Part shown: piece by piece, positions 23,721 through 46,590 of the stretch
Position numbering within the stretch: the stretch's first letter is position 1
How the letters are laid out: each line of letters opens with the position of its first letter
Assembly (NCBI GenBank): GCA_030141605.1
Contig: JAQGDQ010000256.1
Location: 62,001-126,000 of the forward strand
DNA length: 64,000 nucleotides
DNA from: Tubiluchus corallicola
Lineage: Eukaryota; Animalia; Priapulida
Direction of reading: 5' to 3'
Program-made: the position numbers and the translations under genes
Notes under the pieces: model-generated
What the model was told of the DNA's origin: nothing
Seen by the model: only the letters and a program-made list of their open reading frames with translations
Databases searched by the model: none

Positions 23721-24829
23721 AAATAGTCAGCTCGCGAATGAGTGTATCCATTTTATAATACGTGGTGCCACAGTCGCATTTTTGCTTCACGCAAGTTCTT
23801 GTCCATTAAAAATTTTGCGTGCCCTATCGACAATTTTTTAACAAAAAAAATCATTTAAGCCTGTTGCTGTTTGCAGGCTTGTTTGTTTGTTTATTTGTAT
23901 TTTTTTTGAAAAAAACATGTGGCACATATATGCTGATCACAGATGGCTGTTCACAGCTGATTTGTGAGAAACTAAATTGTAAATTCTGTTTAATTGTTTG
24001 ATTCATACATTTAATCCATATTACTTTTACGCCACTTTTACCTAACATTATGCCGAAGTACTATACCTATAAAGTACCTAACCTGCTAAGATCGCAAAAG
24101 CTGAAAGTTGCATATTAATATGTGAGCTTAAAATGCCATTTTATATTTGCTCTGGATGTGAACTACAATATTCCTATTCGTACGTCGTTTCATCAAAATA
24201 TCCAAGCCATTTAACTATTACAAAAAGCAAAAAGCTCCAATCTAGGTAAACACAGGTGCACTTAAAAACACGCAGCTACTTTCAATGTCGTGTTTCTGAA
24301 CGCCAACAACGTTAGTCAAAAGCACACCTTCACAAGACTTTTCGTTTATCAACGTTATATCATAATTATGCATGCACAGAAAAACTACATCGTAGCCTCT
24401 CATCCTGGTAGAAACTTATGTATATAAAAACCTGTCATCGTCTAGCCCAGTTTCCCTTTTTTCGCGAGGCCTACTAATTCCCCACGAAAGCCATTACCAT
24501 CGCCAATTACGTTTTCTCCAGGAAAAGCAACTGGAAAACTCGAAATACGGTCATTTTTGCTCATTGCCCGAATACCGCGTAGAAAAAAACTCCTAGTGGC
24601 ACTAGGTGGGGTCTTGAAGGAAAATGTATAGATCTTTGGAAAGAGGAGAAACGTGTCTACACTGTGATGAGGCCTTTTTCTAGTCCACGACCCTGTTCAA
24701 TAACAGCTCACACAAGTTGCTATGTTCAGGTTAGCCTAGCGTGGAAGCTCAGATAGTTCTACTGGTTACATCAACACTGGTAAGCTTGGTAACACAATGA
24801 TAGATAATAAAAAAAGCAAAGGTCGGAAA

Positions 24830-24897
24830 TACTTCTTGGTTTGAACTAGTGATCTCGGGTGTTGGAGGCCCAAAGCACTAGCTACTAGGCCACAAAG
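24830..24897 (-). mobile_element. tRNA-derived SINE-like fragment
   Basis: Minus strand GTGGCCTAGTAGCTAG (A box) … AGTTCAAACC (B box); similar to 7878-7950. Confidence 0.4.
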
Positions 24898-25374
24898 TCA
24901 AACTGCTCTCTAAAGATGACTCACTGATTCTGAACCAGCAGAGATATCTCAGCCACATCTGGATGCGACAAATCCTCTTGAATGAGGCAAACAGCTACAA
25001 TTAATGACTGTTGAACCCACATGGTCAAAAGCCACTCACTAACCAATTTTGACATTGCTTAACTTCGATCACGAAGCACACCCTGTGACCAGTGGTTATT
25101 CACCTAGTCTCGAGCCTGTTGTAGTCAATCTTTTCCAAGTCAAATCCGCCACCTGTTCAGACGTTAAATTTTGTCTTAACCCTAACCCTTACCCAACCCT
25201 AATCCTAACCTCAATCCTAATCTGCTTAAATAACTAATTTCTTATATATATATATATATATATATATATAAGTGCAATTTAGACTACTGTGCAGTAACCA
25301 GAAAAGAGCAGAAAAACATTAATGGCGACTAAAAATTGAACGTATTTACAACTGTTTACCAAAATTGAAAATTA

Positions 25375-26700
25375 TGATTTATTTAATTAATATGGCCGTG
25401 GGTATAGAAATTTTGAATTGGTATGCATGTTGTCGTACTGGTGTGATGGTATTTCATATTTGGTTGATATTAATGATTTCAGTTTTGTTTTAAATGCTGA
25501 TAAGGACCCGATTTGTTTAACCTGTAATGGTAAAGAATTCCAAAGTAAAATTGCTTGCATGATTATAGAGTTGGTTCCTTATTGCGCATTTGTCCTAATT
25601 GTTTTAGATTACTTGTTCTGGAATTGACTAGAGGATTTGGAAGAAAGTTAAATCCGTTTATTTTGAAATGGTTTCCTGATGTTGTTAATGCATTTAAACA
25701 GAAAGAGCGGAGTAAAATATTCTTTGTGTGCTTCAGTGGTTGGAAGTTTTAAGGTTTTGCTAGTTGCTGAAGCTTTGAATTTTTGTCTACCTGCCTTACG
25801 TTTGTATGAGTGCCCAGCTGTCAATTTAGTTTGATTTAGGAGGATTTAGGATGAAGGAGATTTAGTTTTAAGTCATTTTCTCTTTTGGTTTTTTGAAGTA
25901 GTGTCCGTATAAGAAGTGTGGCAAAATTAAAGTTTTGTATCTTAGCTTGTTATGTTAGTTGTCAACTTGTTCTATAACTTGTCGGAGATATTATGTTCTA
26001 GACGCCATTTTTGTGTATATGTTATTAACGTGTTCATCCCATCAAAGTTTATTGTCTACCTATATACCCAAAAATTTAACATTATTAGTTTGTTTGATTA
26101 TAGCATTTCCTATTGCTAGCCAATTGTTTCCTAGTGTTAATACCACGTCGTTAGTACTTAAGGATAATGAGAGTATCATGAATTCTGTTTTATCGTTATT
26201 CATTTTTAGATTATACTGAACTATATTTATACTTTGTATATCTTTTTCTAAATAATTTCGTGCAGTTTGGATACTTTCATGGGCTAAATAGATTGTAGTG
26301 TTATCAGCGTATTGTATAATTTGTGAAGATTGCAAAACATTTAATATATTGTTTATATAAAGGGAAAATAATAACGGACCTAGTAATATTCCCTGTGGTA
26401 TACCTTTGTTCAACGTGGCACAGTCTGCAAAGCTGCTTGTGTCTAACTATTACTCGTTGTTTTCCACCTATGAGATAATTTTTTATCAATTTTAACGATA
26501 TTAAATCGAATCAGTTTTGTTTTAAGTTGCCTAAATGTAGCTGTGATTACTAGTATCGAATGCTTTACTTAAATCTAAAAATGCGGCTATTGTTTGTCGT
26601 CCAATTTTCTGTAGTGGGTATCAGGGCGTCAATTATTGTACGGTGTTTACAGAAGCCAAACTGATGTTTTGGTAAAAGTTCGTGTTCATTTACGTATGAA
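25375..26700 (-). mobile_element. Degenerate LINE (CR1/L2-type) reverse transcriptase and 3' end
   Basis: FLDLSKAFD-like segment at about 26560-26585, NYL.G.KQRV, GIPQGILLGPLLFSLYIN, YADNT, LKMNNDKTE and VKFLGI; many stops. Confidence 0.9.
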
Positions 26701-28355
26701 TTTACACATTAGATCACCATTGATACTTAGAGGGGGATCTAGCTGATTCTGCAAATTTTGCAAAGATTTGTGATGAAATTTAAGAAAAAACTTTTAAAGT
26801 TGACTACATTTTTAATAGTCCGTACCCATCTTCCCGTACTTGCAATATAACAGCTTGCAGAATCGATTTTTTATTCCAAGAAAGTCTTCCCATATTCCAA
26901 GGAAGCTCAATAATCTGCATTGTTATAGACTTTTTAAAACGTCAATTAATTTAACAGCTTCACCAATCAACTGATCAACTGGAATTTCGTGAGTTGTCAC
27001 TTTTTCTTTCCATGATAATGCACTGGAGAGTCCCTATGCGAGGCGCCATGTTCAGTCATACAAAAATCATTTACTCCTAAATACACTCGAGCGTCATTTT
27101 AACCCTGACATACACTGTTAGATCAAACGGTAATGCTGTAGGCCATTGAACCGTTTCATTTTCCGCTAAATTGTAAAAGCTAAGTTGATAAATTTCGTCT
27201 TCAAATTCAAAACAAATAAGGTAAATTTATTGATAGAAAAGTAATAAATGAGTTTTTGTGATGAATGTTCGTGAGCATGCGCACCAGTGTCGCGCGCATT
27301 GTTGCATTGTTTCTAACCGACCAATTTGCCTGCTACCGCTGGTTGTGAAAACCCACCCTCTCTCTACCCACTACTAAAGTAGGAATGTAATTTTTGTATG
27401 AACTTAGGTTTAGGTACTTTTAACATTGCAGCTTTTTCTGTAATGTGGAATTTTTATATATAATGTACCACTCTATATTGTTGAAACTACTTTACTAGAC
27501 GCGTTATATAATTTTGTAATGTATTGTAGTATTGAAAACCATGCTTTATTATATTTATCATCATAGATGCAAGCAATACAGTGATTAGTGTAGTCACGTA
27601 TTGGGTGGGACGGTATTTGGGTGTGCCCCACCTTTTTGGCTTGCTATATTGAATGTATTGTCATTTTAATAAACGACCTCATTTTATCAACTAATTTCAT
27701 TCTTATGCAAAAAAACTAGCCAGGTTCAGTCAATTTTACATTTAGGTCGATTTTATGAACATTAGCTTACAAAAAAGCATTTTGCTTTCATAATTATTAC
27801 TAATGAAGTAGAACACACGTAATAAATAAAATTTGTGCGCGCTCGGTTGCAAAAACTATATCAATATCAAATCTTAGTGCACAAATATATACGAAATGCT
27901 TTTACTAGCTTAAATACTAATGGCACTAAGACGGCAATCTGTTTATTAAGATAGATGCTGCGCTGAAATATATCAAAAAGACGCTGCAAGGTAACTGACT
28001 CCGCTCAAAAAATCAAATTGACAAATTGGGCCATTGTTGCCACCTAACTTTGGTATACGTGTTATTGCGTTAAATAGCGCAAACGTGACCTAGCTGCACA
28101 CAAGTCTTAGCATACCCTTTCCTCTGGTAACCAACCTGTTTTAAAACGTGCATGCTGGCTTTGCTTCTTAAAAATATAAAAAAATTGAGCAGTCGCAGAT
28201 AACTTGGAAAATAATAATACATACATCAGGGAGGTTTTTTGACAAAAAATATTATTATTACATAGACAATGTGTAGCGAGAGTAACAGGTGCGACAAAAA
28301 TGAACTGTGAAAATCTTATAGGTTGCTAAACTCATCACACGACAACTAATATAAG

Positions 28356-29243
28356 TTACCAGTACACAAGTGCTAAAACCAGTTGCAACAACATAATAAA
28401 TGCACTTATTTCTAACGTCGACCCGTTGGTAACACGATTTGCCACAGCACTGTTGTCCAAGACTGCTATAATCCCCAACGGGGCACCCGAACCGCCTCGA
28501 ATTTTCATGGGCAAGCCTATAACAGTAAAACCACGTGGTGGAAGTTTGTCCAAATTTGCCAGATTTTCTAAGCCAGGAATATTTTCCTCGAAAAGAGTTT
28601 GGTGCGTTTCAAACAACTTTGACTGCCCATAATCCAGTGATGCCGTGTCTAAACCAAACGCTTTTATTTTCCGGTTTTTAACCAGCCATCTTGCTGTATC
28701 CGGGTGCATTCCCGGGAAATGTAGAAGAGAAACGTCGTCCGTGTCGGTCCCCAGATAGGTTTTCCTGTCTGGGTAAAACTTGGCCCAGTCGGTATTTATC
28801 AGCAATATGCTGTCGTCGGGAATTCGTCCGTATAGCTTTTCCCATGATTTCAGGTCATCAACAGCCACTTGATAATCGGCATTGTTTTTTGTCTTGCTTG
28901 ATACATCAACAACAATGGCTTCACCGATGAACTGATCAATTGCAATTTCGTGCACAGCAATTTTACCTTTGGCAAAATGAATGGGCGAGTCAATATGTGT
29001 TCCTCCATGTTCTGCCGCACAGAAGTCATTCGATTCATAATAAAAGCCGAGGTTATTATAGCCCTTGAAAAACACTGTAATGTTAAATGGACTGGCCGTC
29101 GGCCAATAAATTGTCTCACCTTCAACAAAATCGTAAGCCAAGTTGACAATTTTTGTCGACGGACTGAATATTTTGCATCTTACAAGCGTTAACAATAGAT
29201 ATAAAAGCACACAATAGGTGGCAACTGTATTTTGCAACCGCAT
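28356..29243 (-). CDS. Putative cyclase / kynurenine formamidase (KynB, isatin-hydrolase-like) family metal hydrolase; signal peptide and hydrophobic C-tail; single coding exon, 295 aa
   Basis: Family motif AEHGGTHIDSPIHF (HxGTHxDxPxH), LHFPG, GLDTASLD, GLENLANL, LPMKIRGGSGAP. Confidence 0.93.
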   Translation of the reverse strand: MRLQNTVATYCVLLYLLLTLVRCKIFSPSTKIVNLAYDFVEGETIYWPTASPFNITVFFKGYNNLGFYYESNDFCAAEHGGTHIDSPIHFAKGKIAVHEIAIDQFIGEAIVVDVSSKTKNNADYQVAVDDLKSWEKLYGRIPDDSILLINTDWAKFYPDRKTYLGTDTDDVSLLHFPGMHPDTARWLVKNRKIKAFGLDTASLDYGQSKLFETHQTLFEENIPGLENLANLDKLPPRGFTVIGLPMKIRGGSGAPLGIIAVLDNSAVANRVTNGSTLEISAFIMLLQLVLALVYW

Positions 29244-31727
29244 GCTTCCAACAAAAATACTGCAGGTCCAGAGAATGTGTAAACTTAAAAGAGGTCCCTG
29301 TGCTGTAAAAGCGGGAAAATTTCAAAACAAAACCAGACCACACACTAGTAAAAATAACTGAAATAGTTAAACCAACTTACGTGCTTAAGCTGCGCTACGT
29401 ACATAGGAATGTTTGACTGCACAAGGTCACTTCCAGAATTAAGAAAGCGTTACCATAATACAGCTGAGTGCACACAATTATGTACGATGCATTTACTGAC
29501 TACAACATCGTTACAGTAACTTGGTATTGAATTGTATGGCCAACGTTAACAAGCCACGAAGTTGAACGTGAAGTTTTCATAGTAATGTTTTTCGTTAAAA
29601 TTTAATTATCGCTATAGTAGTTAGTTGATTCAATTTTTGTTATTGATTAATCTTTTAGAGTTACTCGTTAGCGAAGTAACTATATGGAAAGGTCTGTTTC
29701 GCCGTAATACTGCTCTCGTTCTCGTTGTCGTTGTTCATTTAATACGTTTTTATCAGTTTTTAACATTCCGAAGTTGCTCCATATTCTAAATTTTTACGAA
29801 AAAACGAACCATGACAGCTTATAATGGTATTATGAAAAATATCCAGCCAGTTGGGCAGAAAAAACTCAGTAAGTGAAAAAACCCAACGCTTCGCATCTCA
29901 ACTATAAACTATAGTTCTTCCTTTTAAATCATTTACGGTATTGACTTCCTCCACAGTTTGAATTCAATAATAAAATGCAAATACATACAAAACAAATTAA
30001 CAATGAACAAAAACAAAAAACAAATTTATTAAAAACTCTCATGGCTGAACAGCTATACAATGCTGACCAATCGATTTAATAATCGAAAATAATATCTATA
30101 AGCGCTTTATACTATACAGTTATACTTTCTATTATTCTCTATTTATCGTTTTGTTGAAAAAGCATTTATAAACTCGTTAAATTGCGCCTGTGATTTAAAA
30201 CTCCAAATTTGTGCATGATTAGAAACTCATGCCTTCTGCACTCCATGTCTTACTCTGTGTATAGGCCTGACTAACAACAAAGAGTGGAAAAACCAAAATG
30301 GCAATTCAATAAATTATGTAGCCTATATAAACAATTATCCTAAAACCTAAACATTATAAATTATATTTATATAAGGTACGGCGGCTACAAAAATTGTTTG
30401 AACAAAACGAATTTCAACAGTCATTTATGATAGTTATTATCCTGAACATGCAATATCAACAACTGCATTTATTGCAGCCTATGTAGGCGCCTATTTACTC
30501 TCACTAAACAACAAGAATTAAGTTTCACCTAATACTATTAGGTTGACACGCTTATTAGCTTGAACGTCACGTCTTAACTTCATGTCGGTCATTTTTAATT
30601 TAGGCAAGATTACCCGCACAGCCGTGTAGGCCTCAGTCGATTTCTTAAAATAGGATAGAGAAAAATAACATATCAAACACAAAATCTATACCATTGTGAA
30701 CGAGTGTAGGCCTACTCGTTATCCAAAACTGTATATTTGAACCACAATACCTGGCATTTTTTATTCTCAACGTCAACAAAAAATAATATTTTTCGATTTG
30801 TTTCTTGAATTTTTCTATAACATGCATGGAACTGTAACTTGCTGATTACATATCCCATACAGGCGTATTACTAAAAGTTTTTCCAAGGGTTTTCATTATT
30901 GAAGCGTTTCAACGTAAAAAGACTCATTGCCACAAACCAAGGACATGACAACTAGACCATACGCCCCTTGTAATCATAACGTTGGATTGTAATACAAACG
31001 TTTAAGCTTCCTTCGTTTTGTTTTCCGATCCATTGATCTAAATTTGTTTTCCAATAAAATCGGAAACTGTTCGTTAATAATTTTTAAACCATTGAAGTAT
31101 CCTAACTTTGTATAAATCTGAATCCTCTAAAAAACTGAATGGAGCAGAGTGCATGTGGTTACAGTTGCATTTGTCACTATACTTCAAAAAATCCTTTTGT
31201 TTAGAAATATGGTTGCCAGAACACTGAAAGTCATAACATTCCAGCAGTTTGTAAAAATGTCTCATTACAATATTTATTACTCAACTCATATTTGACTCGC
31301 TTATACGAAAACCTGTATCGTTTTTGTAGTTCATTAACACTAACAGTTAAGCACTGTTTTAATAAGTGCACCATTTACACAAGTTACACGTGAGAGACTT
31401 GGAAAATACGCCTAACGCCCAGCGCCATCTATCACAGTCAAAATAAATGATCTAGAATACTACAGTCTTCGGATGCACATTGTAATAATAATGGCACACG
31501 CCCAAAGTTCTGTAATAGGCCTACTGTTAACTCATAACTGATGATAATTTATTTACAGTAGCTCTTTGTCTTTCTTTTTTGTCAGATTAAGTGCTTTTTC
31601 CATTATTTACAACTGCATAGGTCACGTGTCCCTTTTGCTGACGGCGCCATATTGGCGATAAATTTGGAATTTTTTAAACAGCACATCTCAGACCAAAATG
31701 TAACGTTACACGATCTTACAATGTTCC

Positions 31728-42326
<10,599 letters not shown>

Positions 42327-43934
42327 TTTGACCGGCCCCCACGCTGTTAATGGCGACCTGTAAAAAATGGAAAATTTGGAAAATTCCATGTCGGAAGACA
42401 ACAACGAAACTAAATGAATTTGTTTACAGCTGAAAACACTACGTTCTCCTTAAACAGTTCTTTTTTAAAAAAAAATACCATACAAAATTTTAAACCTTTA
42501 ATTACTGAACTCGAAGTTGGAATTCTTAGCATTTTCAAATACTGCACTTTCGGTTTACGTTGAATACTTAAAGATAAACACGCTGCATGGACTTCCTCTG
42601 TAACTCAAAAATCAGCTTAAGCTGCAGTTGATTTTCAAGCTGAGAAAGGGCTATAATATGGTCTGAAGACTTCAAAACTGAGATTCCAAACAAAATATTA
42701 ACCATCTCGTCAGTCAAATAAAAACATCACTACAGTTTCAAGTAGTAGTCTTTCGACGTATTCCTTTCCAGTTGTTTTTATATACTGAAGACTCGTGAAT
42801 GTATTTAGTGGGGGCTTGTGCCTTCTTTCTTTTTTCAATTGAAGGTAGCCCTCAATAATGGACTAAATCTGCCATCGCTTTTCTTTATATAGTGTAGATT
42901 TTTTTATTGTGACGTTGTGACAATTTTTGTCGTTAAAATGTATCTTGGTGTTAATGGTGTTTTTAAAATTTAAAAATACGAGAGTTCACTGATTTTTTGA
43001 AGCTTAAAAACATCGAGTCCTCCCTTTAAACTGAAATCGTTCAAGTATTGTGAGAAACCATAATCTACTGCGAGCTTGTTCTCGCCTCGGCACTTCTCAC
43101 AATCATTGCATTAAATCCGACAGACTCGACAGGATTCGGATCACGCCAATACTTTCACATTACGCTTACAAAGCTACTAAAATCTTAGTATCGAATTTCG
43201 TCGTATTGCTCCATCGATCAAGGCGCAAAGAACTAAATGAGTTCTGAAAGCCGAGGAGAGTCGATCCAGACAGTGCATAATAATGCATCTTGCCATACGT
43301 TGTATCAGTCAACACAAGAGGCGTTTTGAATAAATTATAGCAGGCATTTGTACATTCGGTTAAACTTTTGCACATTCGCACAATATTGACCTTAATAAGC
43401 ACAAAAAGTCTTGCAAAACACCATTATGAACGTAAATGTGAATTTTCCTTTAGGTCCACCCCGTATGTTATACATCTGCGCAATTGGTGACAGTAAGTGT
43501 TTGTCCTGCGAACGCAAAATCCAGCTAGGTACACAATAACTATCCAGTCATAATATTTCTAGTTCATCTCAGTAAACTCGCTTCTCGGTCGTAGTAAGGA
43601 ACGGTCTTTCCTGAACCTTCAATATAAGTTCACATCAAGTTGAATAAGGGAGGTAATAATTCATCTTTCTTTGAAAAGGACAGATTAGTTGTGAAGAGCC
43701 AATTACGCGTGCTTTCCCATTCGGATACAATTAACAAATCGTTGCCTATGTCAATATCTGAATAATTGTTACTTCTAACGTTATTGCCTTGCATCCTACA
43801 AAGGTGATTAATGGCATGTAAGTGCTGAACACGCCCTCTGGTGGAAATGCATTTATGAGCATCCTTCCGACTTTTTTAAACAAAAGTTTTATCTACGTGA
43901 AACGTTGTATAAGTCTTCAGAGGACTTAAACCGC

Positions 43935-44350
43935 TCTACAATATTGACCCATATTCATGCACACACGTTGCTAAAATGTCTTCCAAGTTTGCCTCCTACT
44001 GGAGTACTTAAACTATCAACACCACATCTGTATGGCGGGCCACTTCCGAGCCATCGTTGAAAGCGTGCGCGTCTTCAGTGTACAGGAATCGTCCTCCGAT
44101 ACTGAATTATATCCATACAGTGACTTTTGACCCGACACACGTTGCTAAATGTCTTCGTTACTTGCTTCCTGTCAAAGCTTACAAAATAGGAACACCACAT
44201 CTGTGAGACGCAGCTGTGAGTCACGTCTAGGTCGTAAGTCTACAGCTACAATACTGACTAATATCCATATGCAATGATCTTTAGTCTGATGCATGTTACT
44301 AAAATGTCTTCAATACCTGCCTCCTCCTAGAGCCTTCAAACTATCTGTGA
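43935..44350 (+). repeat. Three degenerate tandem units of about 155-175 bp
   Basis: The core CACACGTTGCTAAA(A)TGTCTTC...TGC(C/T)TCCT...ATCTGT recurs at about 43963, 44136 and 44290. Confidence 0.7.
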
Positions 44351-46224
44351 GATTGTACAGTTCAGACCATACATATGGTTGCACTGGAGTTAAAAGTTAA
44401 ACGTAGGGGTGAAAATAATGTGCCTATAATCGATTGTGGTTTAATTACGTCTTTTAAAAATTCCTGAACTACATCAGTCGTGTCACCGTCAATAATTACT
44501 TAAAATTCAAAGAAGCAATAACCAAATAAAGATATCATTGCTATTGTGTCTCAGTTTATGTATGTAGCCTATTATAATGTAAATGATAATCTGTCTAGTC
44601 TGAACTAATGTAATATTAAAACATTTAAATAAGAAAACATGAACACTAGTACAGATATGTTGGCCTCCGAAAAGCAAAGAATTATAATCAATCGGGTTCA
44701 TTTTATTGGGGTTTTTACGTGGACATTTTTATTGTGAGTTGAAATGATTATACACCTCCGCGATCTTTGTGATTTTTATTCACGGCTTAAGCTCGGTACT
44801 GTTGTCTGCTACAATTTTCATTCTTTCCAGTGTCATTTTGACACACTGGCGAGTTTCTGGCAAGTTTCTTTATTGGATTACGGTTTCGCTTTAAGTATAA
44901 CCGCTGTTTTTCACGGCCGTCCGTCTCTAATGCGACCATTGAGAGTTCAACAATTCAGACTCTAACCACTGCTGATTAATTGGACAAATTAAACGAACTT
45001 GTCGTGACGAACAGAGAGGAAGCTAGAAAGGGATTCCGTAATGCATCTCATCACGCGAGCCCGTACACTAAACCATAGTTATATTAATTATAAGAAAATA
45101 GTCGATACTGGTGACGCACGTGCATAGTGCACTCGTTCTTTAACAACTGATTGCAATGTAGGAATCGTTTCAAAAAGTATTGACCGGATTAATTATGAAA
45201 GCTTCGTTAAGTCTGATTGTTTCAGATAGAAAATCAAAAATAAATCTGCGGAATTCGAACACCAGATTATAGATCGCGTATGTCAGTATGTCTATATATA
45301 TATATATATATTAGATATTCTAAAAGCTATGTACGGCTTGTTCGTATATTTATTGAAATTTGTTTATTATAATAAATATTTTCTCAGCTTTGGTGCGAAT
45401 ACTCTTAGTGAACTGCTTAGACAATTTCCTATACATTTCGGCAACGTTGAATGAAAGAAGTTTGTGCAAATATTACTTGTAAAAACTACATACGGAACAT
45501 CTATAATTTGAAAAGAAGGAAGAGAAATAATTCAGCAAAACTCATTTTTGGAGGCTAACAACAAAGAGATACGCTTCTTCTGACGAGTGATTTAAACAGA
45601 ACTTCTAAAAACATTATCAACAAGTAAAATTTTATAACTGGATGAACCCGTTATATAATGTTAACTCGTGGTGATGAAATAAACTTAAGGAGCGTCTGCT
45701 TTGGCTTCAGCGGTGCATTCTTCAATATAAGAAAGACCGGATATTATCTTACTCGATCATTTCTTGGGCTTCCCCTAAACTAATTTCCTGTATTTTGAGT
45801 ATGTTTATTTCTGCAGCCAGATTCGTATTTTGGGTGTGTCTATTCCTTTGAATGTTTAGGTTTAAAACGTTAAGGCGACCAGTAAAGGTTATTTCCTCAT
45901 TTTACTGCGGCTCCGCGGAGCCTAAAATGCCTCCATTAGATTTTCATATTTTCAAGTTCCGACTCTACATATTCATAGCAAAGGCAGTCAAGTCTTATGC
46001 AACACCCTAGGTATTGGTCAGCAAGTTTTCTCATTGGTCAGTCAAAGGCCAATTGGGTTTGTGTCATTAAAACAAAAGAGTGTCAACAATGAAGAAAAAA
46101 TGACTATATAAAGTAACTATACTTACATACTGTTTTTATTTACGTACTATGGTCTTCTTTACTACTACTTTCCTACTATATTTTTATTTATATACTGTCA
46201 CTAAGTAAATAAATAAGTACGGAA

Positions 46225-46590
46225 ACAAGTAAGTAAGTAAACAAGTAAGTAGGCAGCAATCAAGCAAACAAACAAGCAAGCAAGGTATGTATGTATGTAG
46301 ATGTAGGTAGGTAGGTAGGTAGGTAGGTAGGTAGGTAGGTAGGTAGGTAGGTAGGTAGGTAGGTAGGTAGGTAGATAGGTAGGTAGGTAGGTAGGTAGGT
46401 AGGTAAGTAGGTAAGTAGGTAGGTAGGTAGGTAGGTAGATAGGTAGGTAGGTGGGTGAGTAGGTAGGTAGGTAGGCATGCAGCTAGGCAAGCAGTCAGGC
46501 AGGCAAGTAGGTAGGTATGTCAGGAGGTAGCTAGGTAGGTAGACCGGCAGGCAGGCAGACAGGCAGAAAGGCAGGAAAGTAGATAGGTAG
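46225..46590. repeat. (AGGT)n microsatellite with AAGT/AGGC variants
   Basis: Direct reading. Confidence 0.97.

Noticed and set aside
43935-44350. Repeat-spacer-like pattern suggestive of a CRISPR array
   Set aside because: Eukaryotic context, long degenerate units, only three copies and no cas genes.
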